DNA of 64,000 nt from an archaeon. GTDB lineage: Archaea > Iainarchaeota > Iainarchaeia > Iainarchaeales > JAAZKV01. The position numbers were made by a program, and so were the translations under genes. Of the stretch, positions 1 to 10,170 are shown in pieces. The stretch is taken from positions 64,491 to 128,490 of the forward strand of contig JBAZUY010000001.1 of NCBI GenBank assembly GCA_041661245.1, given 5' to 3'. The first letter of the stretch is position 1. Each line of letters starts with the position of its first letter. Below the pieces are notes generated by a model. The model searched no databases, was not told the origin of the DNA, and saw nothing but the letters and a program-made list of their open reading frames with translations.

Positions 1-900
1 GTAACTAAATGTCCTGAATGTGGAAGCGAAAAGATTAGAGTAGACCACGGCAAAGGAGAAGCTGTGTGCATGAACTGCGGATTAATTGTTTCAGAAGACG
101 AAATGATTGACACAGGCAAAGAATGGAGATCATTTGAGGACAGCGAGGATTCATCAAGAGGCGGAAGCCCAATGAAATATGTAAAACTAAACAAAGGTTT
201 AGTTACAATGATTGATAGAAGAGGAACAGATTTACGAGGAAACAAATTATCTTCAAAAGGAAGAGCACAAATGTACCGCTTAATTAAATGGCACAAAAGA
301 GCAAGTGTTTCAAGTTCAATGCAAAGAAACTTATCAATCGCTTTAACAGAAATGAGAAGAGTTGCATCATACTTAAACATCCCGGACACATTAGTTGAAG
401 CAGCAGCATTACTATACAGAAAGACTGTAAAGAAAGGATTAATCAGAGGAAGATTAATCGAAGCAGTTGTTGCAGCAGTATTGTATACAGTTTGTAGAAC
501 ATACCACGTTCCAAGAACTCTTAACGAAATGGCTGAAGCAAGCGGATTAACTAAAAAAGAAATTGGGAGAACATACAGATTTTTAGTTAGAGAACTAAAT
601 TTAGGTGTTCCATTAACAAACCCAATCCACTACATCCCAAGATTCGCATCAGAACTTAACTTGAGCGGAGAAGTTCAAGAAGAAGGAAGAAGAATCTTAG
701 AAGAAGCTATTAAGAAAGGATTAATTTCTGGAAGAGGACCAACAGGAGTTGCAGCAGCAGCAGTTTACATTGCTGGACTTTTGAAGGGAGAAAGAAGAAC
801 TCAAAAAGAAGTTGCAAACGTAGCTGGAGTTACAGAAGTAACAATTAGAAACAGATACAGAGAGCTGAAGAAGAGATTGAACATCGATGTAGCAGCTTAA
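1..900 (+). CDS. tfb: Transcription initiation factor IIB (TFB), 5' end cut by window edge
   Basis: Frame 1 is open from nt 1 (VTKCPECGSEKIRVDHGKGEAVCMNCG zinc ribbon). Two cyclin-like repeats follow (GRLIEAVVAAVLYTVCR, GRGPTGVAAAAVYIAG), as in archaeal TFB. Confidence 0.9.
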   Translation, partial: VTKCPECGSEKIRVDHGKGEAVCMNCGLIVSEDEMIDTGKEWRSFEDSEDSSRGGSPMKYVKLNKGLVTMIDRRGTDLRGNKLSSKGRAQMYRLIKWHKRASVSSSMQRNLSIALTEMRRVASYLNIPDTLVEAAALLYRKTVKKGLIRGRLIEAVVAAVLYTVCRTYHVPRTLNEMAEASGLTKKEIGRTYRFLVRELNLGVPLTNPIHYIPRFASELNLSGEVQEEGRRILEEAIKKGLISGRGPTGVAAAAVYIAGLLKGERRTQKEVANVAGVTEVTIRNRYRELKKRLNIDVAA

Positions 901-914
901 TAAAAAGATTAATT

Positions 915-943
915 GGCGCGCTTTAGGTTAAACTAAAGCCGCC
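915..943 (+). terminator. Imperfect GC-rich hairpin after tfb followed by a T-run
   Basis: ggcgcgctttag-gttaaa-ctaaagccgcc, then acttttatt; lies 15 nt after the TAA. Confidence 0.4.
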
Positions 944-973
944 ACTTTTATTACTACTTCTGGGCGAAATTAA

Positions 974-2098
974 ATGCAAAATTGGACCAATTGGATTTGG
1001 CAAGAAAAAAATTCTATTCAAACAATAAAAGCTCTTGAAGAAAAAATAAATTGGTTCAAACTAAACACATCTAACTCAAAAACAAAACTAAGCATTAAAA
1101 TTACTCCTTATTATTTGAGTCTAATTGATAAAAAAGATAAGAATGACCCTTTGGCAAAAATTGTTGTGCCTTCAGAATTAGAACTAAAAACAAACAATCT
1201 TGAATTAATTAATCCAATTGGAGATGCAGAACAAAATGAAGAAATTAATAACAAAGCAACGGAAATGCTCGTACATAGATACCAAGACAGAGCACTAATT
1301 CTCACTACAGATACTTGCGCAAGTCACTGCAGGTATTGTTTTCGAAGATCGATTGTTTGCAAAGGAAAATTAAAAAACACCAAAAAAGAACTTCAAAAAA
1401 GTATTGGTTATATTAAAAAAAATCCCCACATTAAAGAAGTAATCTTATCTGGTGGAGATCCACTATCCCTTTCAGATAAAAAACTAAAAGAAATTTTACA
1501 AAAACTTTCGAAAATTAAACACGTACGATTAATTCGAATTCACACTCGTTTTCCAGTTTACAACCCTTTTAGAGTAACCCCTAATTTGACTAAATCTTTA
1601 AAATCATCAAAAAAAGAGCTATGGGTAGTTCTGCACATAGCACACCCACGAGAAATAACTTCTGAACTAGAAAATGCAATTAAACTTTTTAGAAAAGCTG
1701 ATATTGCGCTACTTAACCAAACTGTACTTGCGAAAGGAATTAATGATAACCTTGAAATATTAAAAGAACTAAGTTATAGACTAGCAGAAAACCACATCAA
1801 ACCATACTACTTACATTATCCGGATATGGCAATTGGAACAAGTCACTTTAGAATACCCCTAAAACAAGCAATTGAATTACACAAAAATTTGATTGGCCAC
1901 TTGAGTGGCTATTTAGTTCCACAATTAACTTTAGACATCCCAAAAGGCTATGGAAAAATACCTTTGATTCATAATTTTATTAGCGAAATTAAAACTTTAA
2001 ACGAAACTAAATTCATTGAAGTTGAATCGCCACTTGTTAAGGACAAAAACGGAAAGCATAAAAAGAGTTTTTACCAGGAAGTACTTACTTATGATTAA
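974..2098 (+). CDS. KamA-family radical SAM aminomutase (lysine 2,3-aminomutase-like)
   Basis: CASHCRYCFRR (CxxxCxxC) cluster motif, followed by the ILSGGDPL and HIKPYYLH blocks typical of KamA/AblA/EpmB. Confidence 0.8.
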   Translation: MQNWTNWIWQEKNSIQTIKALEEKINWFKLNTSNSKTKLSIKITPYYLSLIDKKDKNDPLAKIVVPSELELKTNNLELINPIGDAEQNEEINNKATEMLVHRYQDRALILTTDTCASHCRYCFRRSIVCKGKLKNTKKELQKSIGYIKKNPHIKEVILSGGDPLSLSDKKLKEILQKLSKIKHVRLIRIHTRFPVYNPFRVTPNLTKSLKSSKKELWVVLHIAHPREITSELENAIKLFRKADIALLNQTVLAKGINDNLEILKELSYRLAENHIKPYYLHYPDMAIGTSHFRIPLKQAIELHKNLIGHLSGYLVPQLTLDIPKGYGKIPLIHNFISEIKTLNETKFIEVESPLVKDKNGKHKKSFYQEVLTYD

Positions 2099-2134
2099 TT
2101 CGTGTAGTAGCTTAATTTGCCGCACACAATTTTG

Positions 2135-2524
2135 ATGGTGAACACTATGGGAAGCTTTGTTGAACTAAATGACACTCTACAAATAACAAGCGAACAAGGT
2201 TTCCCAAGAGAACTTCAATTAGAAAAACACTTAAAAAAACCTTTTACTGCCGAACAATTTAAGGACAAGGTATTTGAATTTTCAAGCAAACCTAAAATTA
2301 GACTCTACCAACAACCACCAGTTCGCAATTTTCTTGTGCAAAACATTAATGGCAAATGGCTTTATTGGGGATTAATCCACATCGTTGAAATTACTCACGA
2401 CATGACTAAGCAAACCACATCAGGAAAATTTAAAATAATTTACATTTACACTCCTGAAGAAATGAAATACGCACACAAATTAATTGACAGAAACAAAGAC
2501 ACTGACTTTTTGAAAGTAATGTGA
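2135..2524 (+). CDS. Hypothetical protein (about 129 aa from first ATG)
   Basis: ORF with coding-like composition directly downstream of the KamA-like gene; no motif recognised. Confidence 0.4.
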   Translation: MVNTMGSFVELNDTLQITSEQGFPRELQLEKHLKKPFTAEQFKDKVFEFSSKPKIRLYQQPPVRNFLVQNINGKWLYWGLIHIVEITHDMTKQTTSGKFKIIYIYTPEEMKYAHKLIDRNKDTDFLKVM

Positions 2525-2591
2525 AGTTTGCAAATCCACCACATTTCTATTTTAAAAAAATTTAACTCATTAAATAAAATAATTATTGAAT

Positions 2592-5048
2592 TTAACTTGT
2601 TCTACAATCTGCAGTGTTAGTAATTCCTTCCCATGCAAGCGGAGGATATCCGATTCCCTCACAAATGTTGCTCCAATTCTTATCAGCACCAAATGTCCAA
2701 GCATCCGTTCCAGTGTATACTGCATGAGTAATTGGGAAGAAAGTACTATCAGTTGTTGAATAGAAAGAATTTGTGACTGGGTCTTGGCCAGTATCTCCAC
2801 CAATTAAACCCCCACTCACATAATAACCATCAACCATAATTGGTCCAGTAGCAAAACAATTTGTAACAGCACCATAACTTCTACCAACTAATCCCCCAAC
2901 TTCAATACTCCCACTTGAAGTACCAGTTGAATAGGAATTTAAAATTGGAGGAGAACCATAACCGTACTGTTGACCTGTAAGCCCGCCAATGTTATATGTT
3001 CCAGAAACACTCGCAGTAGAGTAAGTATTAGAAACTCTTCCAGATGTTTGAGCCCCAATTAACCCACCAACATGCCAAGACCCTGACAACCCAGTAACTA
3101 CCCCAGTACTGTAACAAGCATTAACAACACCATAACTATTAATTCCAATTAATGCACCAGTATCATTAATTCCAGTCACATTAGCATCTACGAGACCAAT
3201 ATTTTTTATTGTACCATATTCATTCACACCAAACAAACCAACAGTATTCTGAGCTCTGTTAATATACAATCCATATATTTTGTGCCCCCCACCATCAAAT
3301 GTTCCTCTAAAACCACTAACTGTTTGAAGAGGCCCAATTGGAGCAAACCCATTTCCATCATTCCAAAAAACTCCGCCCGCATGAGTCGCAGTATACATGT
3401 TTAAATCTGTTGTCAGCAAATAGCTTGCCTGAAGATTTAATTGAATGTCATTCATGTCAAGCACATCATCAATCAAATAAGGGGACAACGCAGTTCCGCT
3501 TCCTCCGCAAATATGCCCAAGCGGACAAGAATCACAAGCATCACCAACACCATCCGAATCAGTATCTTTTTGAGAAGTATTTGGAACAGATAAACAATTA
3601 TCACAAGCATCACCAACACCATCATTATCAGAATCCTCTTGGCCAACATTTGAGACCAAAGCGCAATTGTCTTTTGAATTATTCAAATCATCCAAATCAA
3701 TATCCTCGACAAAAACTGGAAGAGAAGAACCACTCCAACTCCAAGGAATTCCCCAAGCTTGTGAAGAAGTATAAACTGCATGAGATGGAGAATACAAAAC
3801 GCTCTCTGATCCAACGTATGTTCCAAGACCATTATCAAAATCAGTAAAATATGAATTTGTTATTGTACCAACAGGAGTAAGATTTGCCCCTAGTAATCCA
3901 CCATAAGTTGAATTCACTCTAAGCCGACTCGTTGAAAAAGAATTAATTATACTCCCGCTACTTAATCGACCACTAATTCCTCCTCCAGAAGAGCCAGCAT
4001 TTACATCCCCTCGTGAATAAGAATTAATTATTCTCCCAAATACTCCCCCACTAATTCCTCCCGCACTACCCATTCTTGCATTAACATCAACATCCGAATA
4101 ACAATTTAGAATTTCCCCAGATCGTTGCATTCCAACAATTCCACCAACATACTGCGCGCCAATAACTGACCCGCTAACAAAACAATTTTGGAGTTTACCA
4201 TAATTAATGCCCGCGATTGATCCCGCAGTAATTCCTGTAGAATTAACGTTTACATCAATTAGTAAAATATTTTTTATAATACTACTATACCCTGGAGAAC
4301 TAAATAACCCCCTACTATTCCCCGAACCAATTTTTAATCCCATAATTTTATTCCATCTACCATCGAGTCCCCCATTAAATTGATTTGTGCCTGTTCCAAT
4401 CGGCACAAATCCGGCCGCAGTATTAAATGGATCCACATCACAATTAATGTCATTCATAAGAACATAATACCCGTTCAAATCATTCCAAATATTATTCAAA
4501 TCATTACAAGTTTGAATTTTATAAATATTTGAATAAGAAGAATCAGCGAATCTTGCGGTTAAAGGAAGAACTGGATTTCGAGCATTATTGGAATCCGCAT
4601 TCAAAACACATTCTACATTAGTAGTATAGGAATATTTTTTTTCAACCCCATACTTTGAACGAGTATAAACAATTAATTCACATTGCTTTTTTTTACTAGG
4701 AGAATCACAAACACAACCTGTTATTCCATTTAAAGAAAATGTTTTTTGCTCAATTTCTCCAAAATAAATATTATCATAAGGAACTTGCTTTCCGCCAAGA
4801 CTTATTTTTTCTATGGTAAGTGAATCCCCCGTATTATTTCCAAGAACTATTATTGCATTTCCAGAAGCATCCAACACTGAATCAGAAATTGAAATCGAAG
4901 AAGTTTTGTCACCCAAAGTAGACATGTTTGTTGAAGTATCCCCCGTATTTGTATTAGAGGACATTATCCCAACCACTACAAGAGAAAGAACAACTACTAC
5001 CCCAATTATTACAAGATACTCAACTGTACCCTGCCCCCGATTAAACAT
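2592..5048 (-). CDS. Surface adhesin with archaeal class III (pilin-type) signal peptide, two GLUG-motif repeat arrays and two thrombospondin type 3 calcium-binding repeats
   Basis: N-terminus is [29 protein letters not shown]. There are many GG(L/I)(I/V/L)G repeats (GGIVG, GGLLG, GGLIG, GGLTG, GGLVG). [14 protein letters not shown] and [14 protein letters not shown] lie between the two arrays. Confidence 0.75.
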   Translation of the reverse strand: MFNRGQGTVEYLVIIGVVVVLSLVVVGIMSSNTNTGDTSTNMSTLGDKTSSISISDSVLDASGNAIIVLGNNTGDSLTIEKISLGGKQVPYDNIYFGEIEQKTFSLNGITGCVCDSPSKKKQCELIVYTRSKYGVEKKYSYTTNVECVLNADSNNARNPVLPLTARFADSSYSNIYKIQTCNDLNNIWNDLNGYYVLMNDINCDVDPFNTAAGFVPIGTGTNQFNGGLDGRWNKIMGLKIGSGNSRGLFSSPGYSSIIKNILLIDVNVNSTGITAGSIAGINYGKLQNCFVSGSVIGAQYVGGIVGMQRSGEILNCYSDVDVNARMGSAGGISGGVFGRIINSYSRGDVNAGSSGGGISGRLSSGSIINSFSTSRLRVNSTYGGLLGANLTPVGTITNSYFTDFDNGLGTYVGSESVLYSPSHAVYTSSQAWGIPWSWSGSSLPVFVEDIDLDDLNNSKDNCALVSNVGQEDSDNDGVGDACDNCLSVPNTSQKDTDSDGVGDACDSCPLGHICGGSGTALSPYLIDDVLDMNDIQLNLQASYLLTTDLNMYTATHAGGVFWNDGNGFAPIGPLQTVSGFRGTFDGGGHKIYGLYINRAQNTVGLFGVNEYGTIKNIGLVDANVTGINDTGALIGINSYGVVNACYSTGVVTGLSGSWHVGGLIGAQTSGRVSNTYSTASVSGTYNIGGLTGQQYGYGSPPILNSYSTGTSSGSIEVGGLVGRSYGAVTNCFATGPIMVDGYYVSGGLIGGDTGQDPVTNSFYSTTDSTFFPITHAVYTGTDAWTFGADKNWSNICEGIGYPPLAWEGITNTADCRTS
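3531..3623 (-). repeat. Two copies of a 24-nt identical segment, 69 nt apart, encoding the TSP3 core DGVGDACD
   Basis: atcacaagcatcaccaacaccatc occurs at 3531-3554 and again at 3600-3623. Confidence 0.85.
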
Positions 5049-5141
5049 ACTAAACTAATGTTTCCAGAATATAAAAATCTAATTTTTAGTTAATTTTTTA
5101 AGTAATTAACTTTTATATACTTGGAAAAACACCATAAAGTA

Positions 5142-6098
5142 ATGAAAAATAAAGCACAAGTATTCTCACTAGAACATACCCTCTTACAAGGACATTCTTC
5201 CATTCGGGGGCAAGGAGCAATAGAATATTTACTAATAATCGGCGCTGCAATACTTGTTGTAGCAATAGTTACCCTCGCAATTACCTCTTTACTTGGCCAA
5301 GGCCAAACTCAAACTACAAGCGGAGCAAATGAACAAGGCAGTGCGCTAGGAGGATTAACAAGTCTTGCTTACGTAACAGTGTCTGGAAGTAATTATCAAA
5401 AATCAGATCCGATTGTAACTTCACTTAAATCAATGTGGACACTTAATGATGCAAGTACAATTACTGATTCGGTTGGAGGAATAAATGGAACTTGTGGTAC
5501 TGCATGCCCAACATTAATTAACGGAATATCAGGAAATGCATTTCATTTCACAAGTGGAAACACTGCACCTGAGCAATATATACTAATAGATAATATTCCA
5601 GCACCTAACGAAGTAACATATTCTACATGGTTTAGAACTTCGAGTACTGGGTACATTTCATCATTTCGCACATATAATGACCCAATATCTTTAGATCCGG
5701 ATAATCCAAATCATTGGAGAGGAAGCTTAAGCATCGATGCTTCAAACTATTTATTCTGGGAGGTTGGCTCTTGGACAAGCGCAGAATGTCCTTCCAACTC
5801 CTTGCACCTGCTCAAATCAAAAGAACCGATTACATTTAATGAATGGCACATGGCAACACTCACAGTGGATTATAATCCATTCATTGGAAAATTTTATCTT
5901 GACGGGGAATTACAAGCTACCCACAATGACGGAAAAGCATGCAGCAATAATTCAAACTATTTGTGGTTAGGAAGAAGAAAAATACTCGGGCAAGGAACAC
6001 CAACAAATTTTATTGGAGATATTGATGATTTTGCAATTTGGGATAGACAACTTACAAGCGATGAAATAAAAACACTTTATACTAATGCTAAGAAATAA
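5142..6098 (+). CDS. Class III signal peptide protein fused to a LamG/concanavalin-A-like lectin domain
   Basis: SSIRG/QGAIEYLLIIGAAILVVAIVTLAI pilin-type signal. The C-terminal block WHMATLTVD...LYLDGEL...FIGDIDDFAIWDRQLTSDEI is typical of Laminin_G_3 domains. First ATG is at 5142 (the track ORF starts at TTG 5121). Confidence 0.75.
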   Translation: MKNKAQVFSLEHTLLQGHSSIRGQGAIEYLLIIGAAILVVAIVTLAITSLLGQGQTQTTSGANEQGSALGGLTSLAYVTVSGSNYQKSDPIVTSLKSMWTLNDASTITDSVGGINGTCGTACPTLINGISGNAFHFTSGNTAPEQYILIDNIPAPNEVTYSTWFRTSSTGYISSFRTYNDPISLDPDNPNHWRGSLSIDASNYLFWEVGSWTSAECPSNSLHLLKSKEPITFNEWHMATLTVDYNPFIGKFYLDGELQATHNDGKACSNNSNYLWLGRRKILGQGTPTNFIGDIDDFAIWDRQLTSDEIKTLYTNAKK

Positions 6099-6162
6099 TT
6101 AATTAAAAAAATAAAATAAGCAAATGGTTTTTACCAAATGCTTATTTCAAATATTATCCCAC

Positions 6163-7158
6163 CTACTCGCGAATAGTTTCTTTTATTTTTGTTCCAAAGT
6201 GCATTCCTGCTTCCCCAACTTTAACAAGAACTTTGTCCCCAACTTTGAGGTCAGCTACAGAAATATGCTTTCCATCTTTTTGAATTAATCTAATTGTTTC
6301 AGCGTTTTGAAGAACAACTCCGGATTTATTTCCGTTAATTTCTGCTTCAACTAAAAGCAAAGGTCTTGTTTCAATTTTATTTCTCCCGATAATAATATTT
6401 TTTGCTTCCCCTTTGTAATTAATTGAAAGAGCTTCATCTCCGCTTTTTAATTCCATGGCATATTTTGTTTTTCCTTCGGGCAATAAAATATACGAATGAA
6501 CTGCACCGGCATTAACTCTAAAAGGACGAGTTGCACAATACTCAGCCTCATTTGATTCTGATTGAATTAAGAAAAGCATTTTTGGAGAATTCCCAACAAG
6601 CATTCCTTCCCCAACACTCATTAAATTACAAGTGTCAATGCAAGTTCTTTCTCCAGAACCAAGTACTTTTACTTCGGTAACAGTCGCCTCAACTAAATCA
6701 ACTGTGCCTGCACTTTTTGAAAATTCTTTTACAGCCGCCATAATCTCCGCTCGGTTTTTTGGTTTGATTATTACTCCTTTTACGCCTTGTTCCATCACAG
6801 AAAGCATTGTGGAAATATCTTGAACTCTGCAACCAACATAAACATTTGATGATTTTGAAATTAAATTCTCAAGAGGAATTATTTTCCAATCAGTAACATA
6901 AGCAATTACTGAACTTTTTTTTGCATACTCAAGTGCTTTATTTTCTTCTTCTTTTTTTGTAATTAATTGTTCAAAAATATCTTTTCCCAAAACTCTATCC
7001 CCGTCTTCGGAAATAGTTTCAATTCTCCCGAGTTTATGAACTTGTTCGGTTGTACCTTTTGGAACGATTATTGTTCTTATCCCCGCTTCAAGAGCAGAGG
7101 TAACAAGTTCCTTTTTGTAAGGTCTAATGTCAATGATTAATTCTTTTCCTGTTGTCAT
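6163..7158 (-). CDS. aroB': 3-dehydroquinate synthase II (archaeal type)
   Basis: About 330 aa with N-terminal KELVTSALEAGIRTIIVP. It is adjacent to and co-oriented with the ADH synthase gene, as in the archaeal alternative shikimate entry. Confidence 0.75.
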   Translation of the reverse strand: MTTGKELIIDIRPYKKELVTSALEAGIRTIIVPKGTTEQVHKLGRIETISEDGDRVLGKDIFEQLITKKEEENKALEYAKKSSVIAYVTDWKIIPLENLISKSSNVYVGCRVQDISTMLSVMEQGVKGVIIKPKNRAEIMAAVKEFSKSAGTVDLVEATVTEVKVLGSGERTCIDTCNLMSVGEGMLVGNSPKMLFLIQSESNEAEYCATRPFRVNAGAVHSYILLPEGKTKYAMELKSGDEALSINYKGEAKNIIIGRNKIETRPLLLVEAEINGNKSGVVLQNAETIRLIQKDGKHISVADLKVGDKVLVKVGEAGMHFGTKIKETIRE

Positions 7159-7204
7159 ACAAATATCACCATTCAAAATATTTTTAATTTACTAAGTTAG
7201 CAAA

Positions 7205-8056
7205 CTAATGCGCACTTTTTGCATTTGCTAACTTAGCAGAAACTTTTTCATCCTTAAGATCCGCTTCTTTCATTGCAGCATCCACCGAATAATTCTTGTG
7301 AAGGATTAAAGAAACTGCTTTTATTATTTTTTTTGGCTCTTTATGCTGGAATGCATTTCTACCCATTGCAACTCCTGCTGCGCCAGCATCCATTGCATCT
7401 TTTATCATTACAAGAACATCCTTATCAGTTCCTTTACATCCACCCGCAATAATAACTGGTACTGGACAACCAGCAACTACTTGCTTGAAACTTTCCTTAC
7501 TACCCGTGTAATTTGTTTTAACAATATCTGCTCCAAGTTCTGCCCCAATTCTTGCCGCAAGCTTTACTACTTCCACATCTTTTTCATTTTTTACTTTTTC
7601 TCCTCTTGGGTACATCATCATCAAAAGCGGCATTCCAAATCTTTTACAATCTCTAACAACTTGCCCCGCTTCTTCCATCATTCTCCCCGTGTCAGCTGCA
7701 CCAACGTTAATGTGAATTGAAATCGCATCCGCTCCAAGCGAAACAGCTTCCTCAACAGTCGTAACCATTACTTTGTTTAACGGATCAGGCGAAAGCGAAG
7801 TTCCTGCACTTAAGTGAACAATCAAACCAATATCAGTTCCACCCCCGCGAAAACCGACACCAACAAGTCCTTTATGCATTAAAATTCCATTTGCTCCAGA
7901 TTCAGCAATCGTAGAAACAGTTTCTTTAACATCAATCAAACCTTCAATTGGACCATCACTAATACCATGATCAATTGGGACAATCAACATTTTTTGTGAT
8001 TCTCTCCCCATTATTCTTTGCATTCTAATTCTTTTTCCAATCATCATTCCATCCAT
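7205..8056 (-). CDS. aroA': 2-amino-3,7-dideoxy-D-threo-hept-6-ulosonate (ADH) synthase, DhnA-type class I aldolase family
   Basis: [23 protein letters not shown] (Schiff-base Lys region) and GVAMGRN blocks. ggtga lies 6 nt upstream of ATG 8056, with tataaata further upstream. Confidence 0.75.
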   Translation of the reverse strand: MDGMMIGKRIRMQRIMGRESQKMLIVPIDHGISDGPIEGLIDVKETVSTIAESGANGILMHKGLVGVGFRGGGTDIGLIVHLSAGTSLSPDPLNKVMVTTVEEAVSLGADAISIHINVGAADTGRMMEEAGQVVRDCKRFGMPLLMMMYPRGEKVKNEKDVEVVKLAARIGAELGADIVKTNYTGSKESFKQVVAGCPVPVIIAGGCKGTDKDVLVMIKDAMDAGAAGVAMGRNAFQHKEPKKIIKAVSLILHKNYSVDAAMKEADLKDEKVSAKLANAKSAH

Positions 8057-8392
8057 TTTTTTCACCAGACCATTTATTTATACACTTTGGAAGAACTAAA
8101 ACCTTCCGGAGCTATATTAAAACAAATTAATTGTTCGAATACGACTCTGGGGATTAGTCCAGAGTCTATTCATAAAAATAGAAATAACCAAAGTAAGAGC
8201 TAGAATTAACACCTGCTGAAACAGCACTCATTGAAACTAACTCATCCATTACTAATAACATTCCTTTCAACCTTTATAAACACTAACAAAAACTACCTGT
8301 AACAAAATATACACCCAAAAGAAGCTTACATATGCCTCCAAATTGCCAAGGACGGAGGCATCTTTATATTCTTAATCGTTTTACATATTGTC

Positions 8393-8689
8393 ATGAAGAC
8401 AGGATTATCAAGTTATTTTGATTCAGCAAAAAGATGTTGCATGTTATGCCACACTTATAGAAACATTAAACCTAGTGAAGAGCAAAAAGAAATGGCAATG
8501 GCTTCAACTAGAAAAGCATATGACACTTTAAGAGAAGCATTTGAAACTTTGAGAGCAGAAGATGCCGAAATGGGCAAACTTGACACAGTTCGAGCAGCAA
8601 AAGTTCTTTGCCTTGATGCAATGGATGCATGCGGAACATGCGATAAGCAAAGAGCAAGAATAAGAGAGATTTTGGTCGATATTAAGTAA
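8393..8689 (+). CDS. Hypothetical small Cys-containing helical protein
   Basis: 98-aa ORF with CCMLC and CGTC motifs; TATA-like ctttatatt lies about 25 nt upstream of the ATG. Confidence 0.4.
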   Translation: MKTGLSSYFDSAKRCCMLCHTYRNIKPSEEQKEMAMASTRKAYDTLREAFETLRAEDAEMGKLDTVRAAKVLCLDAMDACGTCDKQRARIREILVDIK

Positions 8690-8762
8690 ATAAATATTTA
8701 CTAATTAGCCAACTTTTTCTAATTCAAGTATATTTTAATACTAAAATAGACCTAATTCTAAC

Positions 8763-9428
8763 ATGCTAAAACAAGTATTGAAAAGAAGTGCTATTAGAAC
8801 AACTATTAAAGTAAAAAAGGCTATTCAGAAATTTAGAATTGGTTCTTATTTTGCAGGCAAAGCAAGACACCACGAAAGCGCAACAAGATTTGCTTATGCG
8901 GAATTTGGAAGAGGATTACTTTCAAAAATAAAACCAATTATTATTTCAAAAGGAACTCCCATTGGAACAACCCCAAATGGAGCAGGCAAAAGTTTTGTAG
9001 TAATGCCCCTTGGAGGAACTTACGAAGCTGAACAGACAATTGGAGTGATTAAAGGAAGCGAACCCAATCATTTTTCAAGACCACAAGCATGGTTAGGACT
9101 CGGATTTAAAGAAAACGCAGTAATTGTTGAATCAATGCAAACAAGAAAAGAAGCAATACCTGCACTTAATGCATTTAGAAGAGCAACAAAAAAACAAGCA
9201 CTAAATTTTATGTTAAAAGAAGTTGAAGAAAAAGCGCGCGAACTTGGGTTTAGTGAAGTAAAAATCAGAACACCAGAAACCTTATTCTTTTTCCATTTTC
9301 CACACAAAGTTAAATCCCCAACATTAAGTGATAAACAAATACGCGCACAAATGAAAGTGTTGTACGCAAGAGTAGCAAGCGCAGAAGGATACAAACGAGA
9401 AGGAATATTTTACGTTAAAAGATTATGA
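8763..9428 (+). CDS. Hypothetical protein
   Basis: 221-aa ORF with a basic N-terminus. The C-terminal segment ALNFMLKEVEEKARELGFSEVKIRTPE is vaguely acetyltransferase-like, which is not enough for a call. Confidence 0.4.
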   Translation: MLKQVLKRSAIRTTIKVKKAIQKFRIGSYFAGKARHHESATRFAYAEFGRGLLSKIKPIIISKGTPIGTTPNGAGKSFVVMPLGGTYEAEQTIGVIKGSEPNHFSRPQAWLGLGFKENAVIVESMQTRKEAIPALNAFRRATKKQALNFMLKEVEEKARELGFSEVKIRTPETLFFFHFPHKVKSPTLSDKQIRAQMKVLYARVASAEGYKREGIFYVKRL

Positions 9429-9440
9429 CGAGTTGATTAA

Positions 9441-10169
9441 ATGCTAAAAAGAATTACAACCCCAAAATCAAAACTAGTGACTAGTTCTAAAAGAGGATTA
9501 TTTGTTACCGCGAGAACTAGGACCTTTCTTAAAAAACATCCACAAATATTGGGCTTAATAAGAAGAGCAATAAAAGAAAAATTTGATAACACCAAATCAG
9601 TTTCTCAACTAAAAAAAAGAAAAGCAGTTTTCAAATATGACCACACAGGAACTTGGAAGGGAATGGAAAATTATGGGACTTACAGTGTACAAATTGGATC
9701 AAAAAAATGGTTTGTAAAACATGAAGTCGGAGGAGTAGAACACCTTGCAACACTAATTGAAAGATTTAATGCAACAAGGAAAATGATTAAAGGAATGCAA
9801 GGAAAAGTACATGGATTTAATGTACGTTTAATAGAACCTGAACTAATTTATGCTCAATCTCATACCCCTTTAGGAGAAGTATTCCTAGCAACTAAATTTT
9901 TTGAAGAACACAGAGTAAAACTAGTCTCAGACCTGTTTGCTGAAGCGGGACTTGTGAGCAAATTTTCAAAAATCCGTCTAGTAATCCCCCAATATGATAA
10001 AGAAGCACGAGAGTTAGCACTAAAACTAGGAGTTGCTACTGCAAGAATAGAATCCGAAATGGGAGCACAGGTAAAAACTGGAGAAGACCGCCGACCTAAC
10101 CTTTTTTATGAACATAAAACAAATACTATTTGGATATTCGACATGGGCGGATCAACAAAGATGATATAA
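9441..10169 (+). CDS. Hypothetical protein, possibly an atypical kinase-like fold
   Basis: WFVKHE (possible VAIK-like Lys) and GEDRRPNLFYEHKTNTIWIFDMGG (catalytic-loop D..N plus DFG-like DMG). This is a weak pattern match by eye. Confidence 0.35.
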   Translation: MLKRITTPKSKLVTSSKRGLFVTARTRTFLKKHPQILGLIRRAIKEKFDNTKSVSQLKKRKAVFKYDHTGTWKGMENYGTYSVQIGSKKWFVKHEVGGVEHLATLIERFNATRKMIKGMQGKVHGFNVRLIEPELIYAQSHTPLGEVFLATKFFEEHRVKLVSDLFAEAGLVSKFSKIRLVIPQYDKEARELALKLGVATARIESEMGAQVKTGEDRRPNLFYEHKTNTIWIFDMGGSTKMI

Positions 10170-10170
10170 T

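Noticed and set aside
3338-3847. 169-aa plus-strand ORF rich in His, Gln and Asn, lying inside the adhesin gene
   Set aside because: It is entirely antisense to the well-supported 818-aa pilin-signal adhesin ORF. Its odd composition is the mirror of the Gly/Asp/Val-rich repeats, so it is treated as a shadow ORF.
8332-8420. Short ORF starting at ATG 8332 (MPPNCQGRRHLYIL...)
   Set aside because: There is no ribosome-binding site. It coincides with the hairpin arms and overlaps the start of the 98-aa gene in another frame. Likely fortuitous.
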